The notes below the pieces were generated by a model. It had not been told where the DNA came from and did not search any database. It saw only the letters and a program-made list of their open reading frames with translations. This document shows, piece by piece, positions 12,590 to 23,035 of a DNA stretch of 64,000 bases. The stretch's first letter is position 1; every line of letters begins with the position of its first letter. Origin of the DNA: Neoechinorhynchus agilis. Its lineage: Eukaryota; Animalia; Acanthocephala. The stretch spans positions 1,892,389 through 1,956,388 of the forward strand of contig CM121343.1 of assembly GCA_051530055.1 (NCBI GenBank), read 5' to 3'. A program made the translations under genes and the position numbers.

Positions 12590-12840
12590 TACTACTTCTG
12601 TCACCACCGCAGCCACCACCACCACCACCGCAGCCGCCGCCGCCGCCACTGCTCTATTAGTGTGCGTTCCGTAGTGGTGGTGGTGGTGGTGGTGGTGGTG
12701 TTGACACATTAGATTCTCGGGATGGTGTAGGAGGTTGCCGACATTGCTCCCTTGCGCTACTGGTGGTGGTGGTGGTGGTGGCGGTGGTGGTGGGTTAGAT
12801 GGCGGCTGTAAGAGCTGCAGCAGCAGCAGCAGCACATCAA
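12590..12840. repeat. GC-rich trinucleotide microsatellite cluster
   Basis: Runs of (CCA)n, (CCG)n, (GGT)n and (GCA)n; no long open frame on either strand. Confidence 0.85.
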
Positions 12841-13431
12841 TACTCGTCGGGGGGGAACTCTAGACGACGCTGTATTGGAAAAGAGACGGGGAAACATTGT
12901 CGCATGCATTCGCATGGAATTGCGCAAAACAGCAGCTGCCGGCAAAAAGATTCATCGCAAAATTTATAATGTGATCATGTGGCACACAAACCTTCCCCCT
13001 TCCCAAATCGTCCTTCGAAGGACAAACAATCGGCAACGAAATTTCCATTTTAGGAACTCAAGCATTCGAGCGCTGCATCCACTTTAAAGGTCTACGCACA
13101 AAGTTTAACCCGTCTCTCCACAGAACCACTTTTCACACGCCATCCATGAGTAGTCGTTTGCGAGTCATCGCCTCTTAGAAGAAAAAAAGCGAACTCACTC
13201 ACTGTAGCACGCTCCGAACCCATAGTGCTCGCTAAAATCAATCAAACGCATTGACGAGCAACTAATAAATGCTAAATCAACTACTCAATAATCACCCATT
13301 CTGCGGAAGGAAACTTCTTCGTTGTTACCAATACGTCATTTGTACGGAAGAAACATCCATCTGTTTGTCAAAAAAAAGCTGGAGGAAGGAAACCTTTCGA
13401 ACGGTTATTTTACTTATTCATTATAGTTTCC

Positions 13432-13639
13432 GTTTCAATTAGCGATGTTTGATTCAGAAATAGATTTATCTTGAAAATTTTCGGCATTTTCGTTAGCCTT
13501 CTTCAGTTAATTGTTCCGTAAGCTTTTTCAACTGTGAATGCTTAAATACCTTGCAAACAATTGACTGAAGAAAGCCAATGAAAAGGCCGAAAATTTTCAA
13601 GATAAATCCATTTGTGAATCAAACATCGCTAATTGAAAC
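13432..13639. mobile_element. Foldback of two divergently oriented family-A pLTR/HHR fragments
   Basis: Arms 13432-13513 and 13558-13639 match 2067-2150; both HHRs are partly degenerate. Confidence 0.8.
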
Positions 13640-13829
13640 TGAGGTTATTCCACTTTATCTTAAATCAGTTCGCATTTTCCTACAATCTCGTACAATTTAG
13701 AATTTATAGGAATCTGAAACACTTAAGTTAATGAAAACCTCACGCAAAAGATTAGACCGTTCGCAAGTATTTTCGCCCGAATGAACCGAAGTTTTAATGG
13801 TGGTGAACATAATCCCCCTATTAAAGATT

Positions 13830-14010
13830 CCTTTATTATTAGGAAATATTTTGAAAGAGGAAGCATCTCGCCTCATCAGAACCCCAACCTTGCTAATGGT
13901 GTACCTGTTAACCCGAGATTACAAGACTAAACAAATAAAAAGAACTATCACAAAAACCTTTTTAGATGACTGATGAGGTTTCCTCTTTCGAAATATTTCA
14001 TAATAATAAA
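13830..14010. repeat. Inverted pair of degenerate HHR-like motifs (second family)
   Basis: Reverse complement of 13830-13880 (ctgatgagg...ttcctctttcAAAAtatttcctaataataaa) matches 13970-14010 (ctgatgaggtttcctctttcGAAAtatttcataataataaa). Confidence 0.55.
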
Positions 14011-14110
14011 TTCTGACCATGGCCACACATAGATACTTAATAGAAAAAAGCTACTTGCTGGCCAGACTTCAAAAATTCAATGGCCTAGAGTTAAAAAAAT
14101 TAAAACTGGC

Positions 14111-14550
14111 AGAGTTTGTACATTCCGTAGTTGTGTCGAGGTAGTCTGGTGGACTAATGCCCTTGATCCCAGTTAAAGATCAACTGGTTCGAATCCGTTA
14201 CCGTGTCTAGTGGACTAATGCCCTTGATCCCAGTTAAAGATCAACTGGTTCGAATCCGTTACCGTGTCGAGGTGGTCTAGTGGACTAATGCCCTTGATCC
14301 CAGTTAAAGATCAACTGGTTCGAATCCGTTACCGCCAATGACGTACAACTAAAAAGGGGACGAAATACTGCTGAAGGAGGGAATCCCGCCTTCTGAAGGT
14401 ATTTGAGGATCCGGACGGGGATGTATAAACTCTTTACCGTATGGTTCAGGGTATTAAAGTGGTTTTATACGCTTCACTGAACCAGATCGGTGGACTGTGT
14501 GCCCAAGGAACAAAATTACCAGCCGTGAAAAAAATGCCGCACATAGATAC
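14111..14550 (+). mobile_element. tRNA-derived SINE-like element with triplicated head
   Basis: Heads at 14133-14202, 14203-14263 and 14264-14333 with A-box-like TGGTCTAGTGG and B box GGTTCGAATCC; homologous to 42151-42430. Confidence 0.8.
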
Positions 14551-15684
14551 TTAATAAAGTAATCTTGAACCGGGGGATTATGTTCACCAAAATTCAATAT
14601 ACATAAATATCCCGAAGGATCTTGATATAATTTTTTACTAATGTTTTGGGCGGTGGTCTCAAAATCTTTTATCCACAAAATGACGAAACTGCAATCCGAG
14701 CCGCTTTACATCACAAGGACATTTCACTCGAATTGCATAGTTGAAGCGCGGCCATTTATGCGGTAGCTACCATGATTTTAAAAATTATAAATGTTTCTTG
14801 TCTCAAGTTTTACGAAATTTAAATAAGACATGCCGGTTTGTGTCACAAGATCGTATTGTTCTTCTTGTGGAATTCACCTTGGACATTACCAAAAAGTCTC
14901 TAATGATATCGCTTAAGGAGCCGGAAAATCTGAGATGGCGAATTTCTGGATCTGTGTCTATTAATTAGGATTGAATGACTTTTGTTCTATTGTTTGAGGC
15001 ATTACTACGATGGAACAGACTATGAAAGATTTTGAGTAGTGAAAGAGCTTTGCTGATACGGCTTAAAGCGCCATCAATAGGATTTTTATCATAGCAGTTC
15101 AGAAAATGAAGATCTAAAAGTTCGCTTTTCAAGACTTACAATGGTTTCAAGCGTTGAACCGAAATCCATCGTGATTTACGATCAGTGTATACATCCACAA
15201 TGGAAAATCTATGCTGAGCACTGTTCAGATTTCTTAAAGGAAGAAATCAGTGTTATTTGAGAAGGCACGAAACGAAAAATGGCACTTTTCTTAAAATTAT
15301 CATCCTAAGAGAAGCGCGGTTCCTTGCGAATGCGGTAATCTTTGGGTTATCTGTTCGTGAGCTACAGTTAGTAACAAGCAGCAATTCAAATATTATGGGA
15401 AAAGCCTTGGCCGTAATATGGATAATTGACGGCCATATCATCTCACATGTACGTTTCCTACTTGAACGCCATCGTACTTATACACTAATTTCCTTTAGAG
15501 TCCGAAACTGCAAGACGAGGAAGTTACAAATGTCCAAGAATTATTCTAGCGGCCCTTATCAATGATTTTATACAAAAAAACGCTATGGGAACTTCAATAC
15601 AAGGATATGGGATAAATTGTACCCATTACCAAAGTCAGGTTTAGCCTCTTGGTAGATCAAAGGTTTATTTTTGAAGATTGAATT

Positions 15685-15928
15685 GTTGATGTTTATTTAT
15701 GGCGTAAAAATTAAAAGAATTTATTGATTCCGATATTTCGGAACCGTAATCTTGTACGCGTTTATCAAGGTTGTTTTCGGAGAAAAATAAAGGGCCATAT
15801 AAAAACAATAAGGTTTATGTTTTTATATGGTGGTCCGAAAACAACCTTGATAAAGGAGTACAAGATTGTGTCGATATATCGAATTCAATAAATTACTTCA
15901 TTTTTTTGCGCCGTATAAAAACATGAAC
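15685..15928. repeat. About 240-bp imperfect palindrome (MITE-like foldback)
   Basis: 34-bp arm pair matches 32/34; inner 13-bp perfect inverted repeat ccatataaaaaca/tgtttttatatgg; outer arms about 75% identical. Confidence 0.75.
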
Positions 15929-16379
15929 AGAAGCAATAAGGACCAAACTCCACACCATTAGAGTGTGTCATCTAATCCACAAATGTTACAACAAAGAAAA
16001 TAAGACAAAAGAAATTGTAAAATCGGAATGAAATGGCAATAGACGACCGATACCGAGCGATTACTCACAGTCCGTTTCGTGACCTACCGCGGCTACTTCA
16101 TATCAAAAGCGAAGAAGCACGCGGAACTATAACAAAATAACTTTACCACGGAGTAAATGTTCTGAGATTAGATGCGATAGATATTTACTTTAGATGGATT
16201 AGAGAAACCCCTGCAATTTATCTAGGTCGATGTGTTCGTACTACTTTGATGGCTCAATTTAATGTTTATGAAGAGGAAAAGCATTATTTACAGTGTTAGC
16301 AAGTGAAAGACAAATGCTAAGATGTGTTTAAATCAAAGGGTTCAAAAGCGACGGTCGCTCAATGGAAAAAAGGATTTCT

Positions 16380-16634
16380 TCAATATTCAAAAATGCAAAC
16401 AACATACAAATCCTCCACTATCGCGTATAAATACCGTTTGCATTGGTGTAAAGCAAACACGTTTTTCTTTATGCCGATCATACAGGACCAATGAGAGCGC
16501 AAAACCTTTTCTACTTGTTCCTTTATCCAAGTTGCTCCGTCATATCTATTTTCTTTGCAGTACTCCTCAAGGATACTCTTCACTTTGTCATGATCAATAG
16601 GTAACATATTGGTCTTGGTGACAACGACTAACAT
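16380..16634 (-). CDS. Divergent dynein light chain LC8-family protein, 84 aa
   Basis: KTNM...ATWIKEQVEKVLRSHWSCMIG...RYLY matches the LC8 pattern [21 protein letters not shown]...HFIY; ATG at 16634. Confidence 0.7.
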   Translation of the reverse strand: MLVVVTKTNMLPIDHDKVKSILEEYCKENRYDGATWIKEQVEKVLRSHWSCMIGIKKNVFALHQCKRYLYAIVEDLYVVCIFEY

Positions 16635-17432
16635 TGAATCTCTTATTACTTTGCCTCTAACTAAGACCAACTACGTTACTAGGCAACTGCGGCGCACAAT
16701 CCAACAATGAAAACTAATAAAATCACACAATCAAACACTTCAGGATCGCCTGGACCTTCAGTCGATGCTTACGAGAAATATAACAAAATTATGTGCCGTT
16801 CAGCTTTACAAAACGAAAAAACGTACTAACCGGGTTTTTGTCTCTCGCCGAACGAAATTCGAATATGGAATACAGTTCAATAATTAAAAGAGATGAGCTC
16901 CTTGAAATATTGGGATAAACTCAAATGGAACGTAGCAAGTAGTCTCAATTAATTTCGAACAATTACCCTATTTTTGCTTCATAAATTAAACCTAAGAAGC
17001 TGTAAATACTGCAGGTTACGTTTAGTGTCCCTGGTTTCATTTTTAACCAAGTACTGGATCAATGGCCCTCGAGCGCAAAGATTCGGACGAACTTGTTATT
17101 AAAAATATAGGCAAATAGCATCATTTATCACGGTGGAGCCCTACCCATGGAAACCTTGCAGCGCTTTGAACACTCACAATATCTAAATATCGACGTGCCC
17201 ATCGATGGTCACAAGCATATAAATAAAAAATGTCTGGAGATCTTTAATGCACTGGACGAGTTTTATATTCAATGTTTTTTGACGATGATATTCCCTTAAG
17301 AGCGGGTGTATATTGTGGACCGTTGTTTAGTGATCATCGATTGAGGTTTTTCGGTTGAAGCAATCAGTCTGTGGTGGAATAATAAATATAAATTAGGGAT
17401 ATTGATACTATTTTCAGCAATGGTACTTGTTT

Positions 17433-18936
17433 TTATGTTTGCTTGTTTAACAGTTGAAGAATACTCTTTAATGTACGCAGCAGGAATCTTTCGATATGTC
17501 CTGGACGAGTCGCTGAGAAGACCATTCTTTGATTCAGATTGATGTTTTTTATTGAAGGAAATGGCGATAAAGGCAACTCAGCGGTGTTAGAGTACCGAAT
17601 CGTCTGTCGACATGTAATTTGATTTTCAAAAGCATAGAACAGTGGAAGGACGTATTTGAATCTTTTTATCGATCGAGCGCTGAACATTTCTGGACAATAG
17701 CAGAGGACGTGATAGTAAGTAAAAAGACGCGAGGATATGACAATCGCGAGTACTACGTCCACTGTATAATGGAAGTGTCCAAGTAAAATGCAGACTGCAC
17801 CAAGTCCGCATGCAGACCAGATAAGAAACGGAAATGCCAGCGTCCTTTTGGGAGCGTCTAAAGAAGAATATGAGACAAATAACGATGCAATTTAAGTTTA
17901 CACTCGGTCAAGAAGTGGGCAAGCACAACCAGCATGCAAGTATGTCCGCTAAATATATAATCTCCACACATCTGATTCCCGTTTATTTCCATTCCTTGAC
18001 TTAGCATAACATTTGCAGCCCGCTTGATTCGGTCTTTTATTGTCACCGGTTTCTAAACGTGTAAAATCATAACATTAAATTTTTTAGATTTCTAAACAAA
18101 CTCTCGAGCTACAGATCAGGTGCGGTCCAGTCATTGGCATGGATGTGACTATTACTGTTAAACCTCGAAACAAATATAGCAATGAGAGGATTATGAAGCA
18201 CCTCTGAACTATTAGACGGCTAAATAAGTATGTTTCTTAATATATAAATTTCATTTGCACACACTAACCGACACTTGTGAAATATGACCATTATGACAAA
18301 CATTCCAACAAACATGAGAATTGTTACTTCGGATGCTCTTGCAGCCCACGATATTCTGTTGAAATTGTCCATAAATACATCCGGTAACGGTTTGTAGATT
18401 TTCGGATTCGGAGTCCGCTCGTCGGCAATTGCCACTGAATACGAGGATGCCGCCCAACTTAGAATTAGAAGGACGACTGAAGCCATGAATTTTTTTAGCG
18501 CTGTTGATGATTCTTCATTTTCTGGCAATTTACTCAAATCTTCATTTCCTGAAAATGGCGAATAGAGTGGACATGTCAGGTCCTCCTGTACTTTCTTGTC
18601 CGACAATTTATCCATATTTACAAAATCACGATTGTTCGTACAATCATCGATTTTAATCGCAATAATCGTATGTTTCAATGAATCTGGTTGATTTTGGCTT
18701 TCGTCATTATTCGTTGAATTCGCAATCGAATTTTCTTGACTTCGTCGTTGGTATTCTGGAGGTGTTAATGTAACTTTGGAATATCCTTTTTCAGTTTCAA
18801 AAAATGAAAATGCTGTAGCTGAGAATGACCGCCTGTGTTCCGGTTCAACTCCGAATCGTTTTAATTTCAATCGCAAGTGATCGGTCGATGGTGTCGATGT
18901 GACATCTAATTTTTTTTCGTTAGCATTGCCGTGCAT
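17433..18936 (-). CDS. Sphingomyelin synthase family protein, 4 exons (18269-18936, 18102-18219, 17902-18052, 17433-17857), 453 aa
   Basis: Motifs PLPDVF, CGDYIFSGHT and HYTVDV; GT-AG introns of 49, 49 and 44 nt keep the frame; no SAM domain seen. Confidence 0.92.
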
Positions 18937-20899
18937 GTCTACAATTCGAAGAATAGATCTTTTTACTACAAATGTTGTTCCAACGCGTATATATAGCTAA
19001 GAGGCCATCAATTGTGTGAAAAGTTACTATCAATGCAAACGAATGTCTTAGCGTTCATCAATGTGAAGGAAAAGGATAGGAAAGCGATCATACCCACGCA
19101 TCTACCTTTGCTTTCGTTTGAATACATGGAAACACGAGGTTAAAGTACTTGCTAGCAAACTATCCAAAACGTAGAGATGTCATCCTTTCAGTGAAATGCA
19201 AAGCGCGTTCTAAATCTAGACAGTTAAAAAAATCTCGTTTGCTTGCAAGGAGAACATTCATACGTCCAATCTGCGAGTTGAAGAAATAGCTTACATTAGA
19301 TCATAAAAGTTACTTGAGTCCATGGAACTACATTGACTTTATTCCTTGCATTATAAGTATTTTTCGACATTTTTAATATCTTTTGCTGCGATAACGGCGT
19401 TAGTACAACTAAGTATTCAAGAAATCTGTCAGCATAATTCCGTCCAGTGGTAAATCTGATACACGTACAAAAGTCCGACATCTTTGATCTTGAATATTGT
19501 GCATTTGAGGTATTTCATTAGGCATTTATTTGTTGTGATTTTAGATACTAGAACAAAATCTCAGGTATTGATAGCGGTATTCCGTTTTTAGAAGCTGCCA
19601 TCGAAACCGACATTTTAATTTATTCATTTGATTTTGCATTCAGCAATTTTAAAGTTCATTATCATGAAAGTACAACGGTTGAAGAAGCACCAACAAGTGC
19701 ATTAAAGAAAGCTTGCGAAACGTATTTCATTTTAAGAAAATCACAGAAATTCATTTAAATTGGGACCGAAAACCTTAATCAGGTCGAGTATTTATGAATA
19801 CACCCTGATGCTAGTTTTTCAAGAACGCTATTATTGTTGTTATACACAACAACGTTTGAATGGTTTTTTTATCATATTTATAATACGGTCTAGAGAAATC
19901 CTAGCTAAGTATTCGAAATAAAAAACTGGATTGTACACTTTTTCAAAATGCGATAATCTAGGCTAGCGAGCAAAGTAGTGATAATTCTCGTAAATAATTC
20001 AAACTTGCAAAGGTGATGTACATTAAAATAAAAGCTATATGAATTTACGTGAGTTCAAAAACAAACGAAATGAACACTTGTATTTGATGGGAAATGATTC
20101 AAGCTTTAAAACGTGTGCACCCTAAAAATTGTAAATTTGGAACGAGCGCAACTTCCGTCAATGTTAACAGGTTAGCGCAGCTGCAGCCATTCGCAACAAC
20201 ATTAAAAATCCATTTCATAAATCAAAAGCATGATTATATCTTTCTAATTTGTGATCGGCAAAATAACCATTTACATAAAAAAAGAGGTTTAATTTGATTG
20301 TCCATGAGAATCGATTTGATAACCGCAAACGAATAATGTTTGTCAACTTCTCGTATATTGTGAAATTGCCTCTTTAGAACAATGGCATTCTTGCTATCGT
20401 TTCGCATAAATTGTAGCATAATAGACAACTGAATATAACGGCATGGAGAATCGTAGAATGGTCTTTTTGCCCGGAAATCACATTCGACAATGAAACATTT
20501 CTGTTGTTAGATTAAAATTTGGTGCACTGGATGTCGGTTCACAGAATTTGTTCACATTCGTCGTCGATATATATATCGTTAATTAGTTAAAAACATACTA
20601 ATCAATAAAACTCACGATGATTGAACTTCACAGTGGAGTTCAAAATTACAATTACTGATATTCAATTCCATTAGTGATGGAAATTACTTAGTTTAACAAA
20701 AAACAAACGTTACCGAGAACTTATTTGCGAGTTCATTTGTAACGCAAAGCCATTGTACACTGGATTACAGAATAAATACGAATTCAAAATGTCAATATGT
20801 GAGTTACCGGAGTATATGATTAGGATTATTGTTTAGGTCTTCATCCGGCAAATAATCCTAATACGAATTCATCGTTGCACTTTAGTATAATCGAACGTT

Positions 20900-21430
20900 A
20901 AAATAAATTCAGGCTTTTAATATTAATGAGCATTATATCGTCCATCGTTTGTTTGCTTAATCTGTAATAACCCGAGAAAAACTTGCGCTTCTTAACGGTT
21001 CTTCGTCTGAACTTACACGATAGACCGCCATTTGTATGAGAAACTTTTAAACCAATTCGTGCTAATGTTTCAAATGATTTGCCCTTTCGCAGTTAGCTCT
21101 TTAACTGTACGCTAACTGAATTTTGTTACATAATAAATAGCGAATCTACACCATTTTAAACATACTTAACTTTAAATATGGAGTTCCGTTGGGATCAACT
21201 CTTTCACCAAAACAATTTTTATTAACCATAATGTACATTTTTAAACTAATTATTGCTCTCGTTTTATCCATTTTATCATCTACGTCGATGATATTTTCTT
21301 ATTTTATGTTGTTCGTCTTTGAAATAGCGCTTTATCCAATTCCATTAAAGAAACAAATTTAATCATTAACTTAACAAAACGTTCATTATCTCCTTCCTAT
21401 ATCCTAAAGTCAAAGGTTTCACACAAATTT
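20900..21430 (+). mobile_element. Highly decayed RT remnant
   Basis: Fragments YGVPLGSTLSP and IIYVDDIFLF, followed by an HHR motif. Confidence 0.45.
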
Positions 21431-21480
21431 TGGGTGCCAAGGTACTTTTAAAAAAATAGCGTCTATTACTACTAACAAAC

Positions 21481-21520
21481 AAACTGATGATGAACCCGAC
21501 GAGGTTCAAAACGTCTTTAA
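21481..21520 (+). ncRNA. Hammerhead motif (family B), G12A mutant
   Basis: CTGATGA-T-GAAC-ccgacgag-GTTC-AAAA-CG-TC-TTTAA. Confidence 0.6.
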
Positions 21521-21573
21521 TAAATAAAACCCCGGCACCTCACATATAAACAGTACAAAATTTATTTCCTCTT

Positions 21574-21816
21574 TCAGTCAATCGATGATTTGGAAAATCC
21601 TGAACTCCGAGGAGCACTCTTGCTATACACTGACACTACATATGTAACGACAAGTGCCATGTACAAAATAAAGGTAAGTACAAAAAGCACAACAGCCAAC
21701 AAACGGTACCAATCAATACCATACTTTCGGCAATTGGGGCTGGTTAACTCACGCTTCTTTTCAGCAATATTCAATGTTGTATTCGTTGCCATTTTACTTT
21801 TTAATTGTTGATACAT
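21574..21816 (-). CDS. Small single-pass membrane protein, copy A (80 aa)
   Basis: Open frame with one hydrophobic segment; paralog at 22100-22354 keeps both frame and hydrophobicity. Confidence 0.6.
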   Translation of the reverse strand: MYQQLKSKMATNTTLNIAEKKRELTSPNCRKYGIDWYRLLAVVLFVLTFILYMALVVTYVVSVYSKSAPRSSGFSKSSID

Positions 21817-21980
21817 AAAGGAAAGCTGTAATGTCGTCTCTTAGCAACGAGGATTTCATTGCCAAATTTAAAAGTAGACAACTTTCATATGGACAAAAAT
21901 TTAAAAATAAAAAGAATCTAGAAATATTGTCGATCGACGCTCTTTGATTATAAATGAAGGAACAATCAATCATTTGTATT

Positions 21981-22023
21981 TTAGGACTGATGATGAACCC
22001 TACGACGTTCGAAACGTCTTTAA
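21981..22023 (+). ncRNA. Minimal type I hammerhead ribozyme (family B)
   Basis: CTGATGA-T-GAAC-cctacgac-GTTC-GAAA-CG-TC-TTTAA; core intact, helix I weak. Confidence 0.7.
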
Positions 22024-22099
22024 TCTAAATAATCATTTTCCGCGGGTGTAGACTTCTAAACAATATTCCCCGGCACCTCACATATAAACAGTACAAAAT

Positions 22100-22354
22100 T
22101 TATTTCCTCTTTCCGTCAATCGATGGTTTGGAAAATCCTGAACTCCGACGAGCACTCTTGCCAGACATTGACCTTGCAAATATAACGACAAGTGTAATGT
22201 ACAAAATCATGGCAATTGCAAAACCAACAAACGCCAGGAAATGATACCAATCAAAACCATCCTTTCGGCAATTGGGGCTGGTTAACTCACGCTTCTTTTC
22301 AGCAATATTCAATGTTGTATTCGTTGCCATTTTACTTTTTAATTGTTGATACAT
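22100..22354 (-). CDS. Small single-pass membrane protein, copy B (84 aa)
   Basis: First 31 codons identical to copy A; TM segment diverged but still hydrophobic. Confidence 0.6.
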   Translation of the reverse strand: MYQQLKSKMATNTTLNIAEKKRELTSPNCRKDGFDWYHFLAFVGFAIAMILYITLVVIFARSMSGKSARRSSGFSKPSIDGKRK

Positions 22355-22519
22355 AGAGCAAAGCTGTAATGTCGTCTCTTAGCAACGAGGATTTCATTGC
22401 CAAATTTAAAAGTAGACACCTTTCATATTGACAAAAATTTAAAAGCCTAAAGCATTACTATAAAAAGAATCTAGAAATATTGTCGATCGACGTACCACTA
22501 AGGCCTAACGGCATGTCTT

Positions 22520-23035
22520 TTGGTAGCCTTTCGGCGAACTCACATACTTCGGAGGCATTCATTCACACTCGAAGGCACAAGGCCAACCCACTTTTAGGGC
22601 CTATGGGCGATCTAAAACCTGACCCCTACCCTTCCAGCAGCCTCACAACCCCCGACAACCCAGCGACCAGTGGACTTGAACCAGCGACCAATCAAGCGCA
22701 TTTTTCATCGCGCACAATACTGGGCACCAGTAAGGTTTATTTATTTCATAGCCTCATACAGTTTTTCAGTTCGCAAACATTCAGGGTCTTACTACATCTT
22801 CTTTTAAGCTTCTCAGCTATATTCCTTGGGAGCGTCTTGGCTAACTCACACTCATCGAAGGCGCTCAGCCGCACTCGAAGAAACAAGGCCAACTAACTTT
22901 TGGGGCCTTTTCAGCGATCTCAAACCTGACCCCTGCCATTCCAGCAGCCTCGCAACCCCCCGTAGAACCCAGTGACCAGAGGACTTGAACCAGCGATTAA
23001 TCAAGCGCATTTTTGAACGCGCACACCACTGGGCC
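22520..23035 (+). repeat. Diverged direct duplication (about 22520-22740 and 22825-23035)
   Basis: Shared blocks cactcgaag..acaaggccaac, aaacctgacccct and ggacttgaaccagcga; roughly 75-80% identity. Confidence 0.7.

Noticed and set aside
14133-14333. Three tRNA genes or a CRISPR-like array
   Set aside because: Acceptor stems do not pair and there are no unique spacers; these are duplicated SINE heads in eukaryotic DNA.
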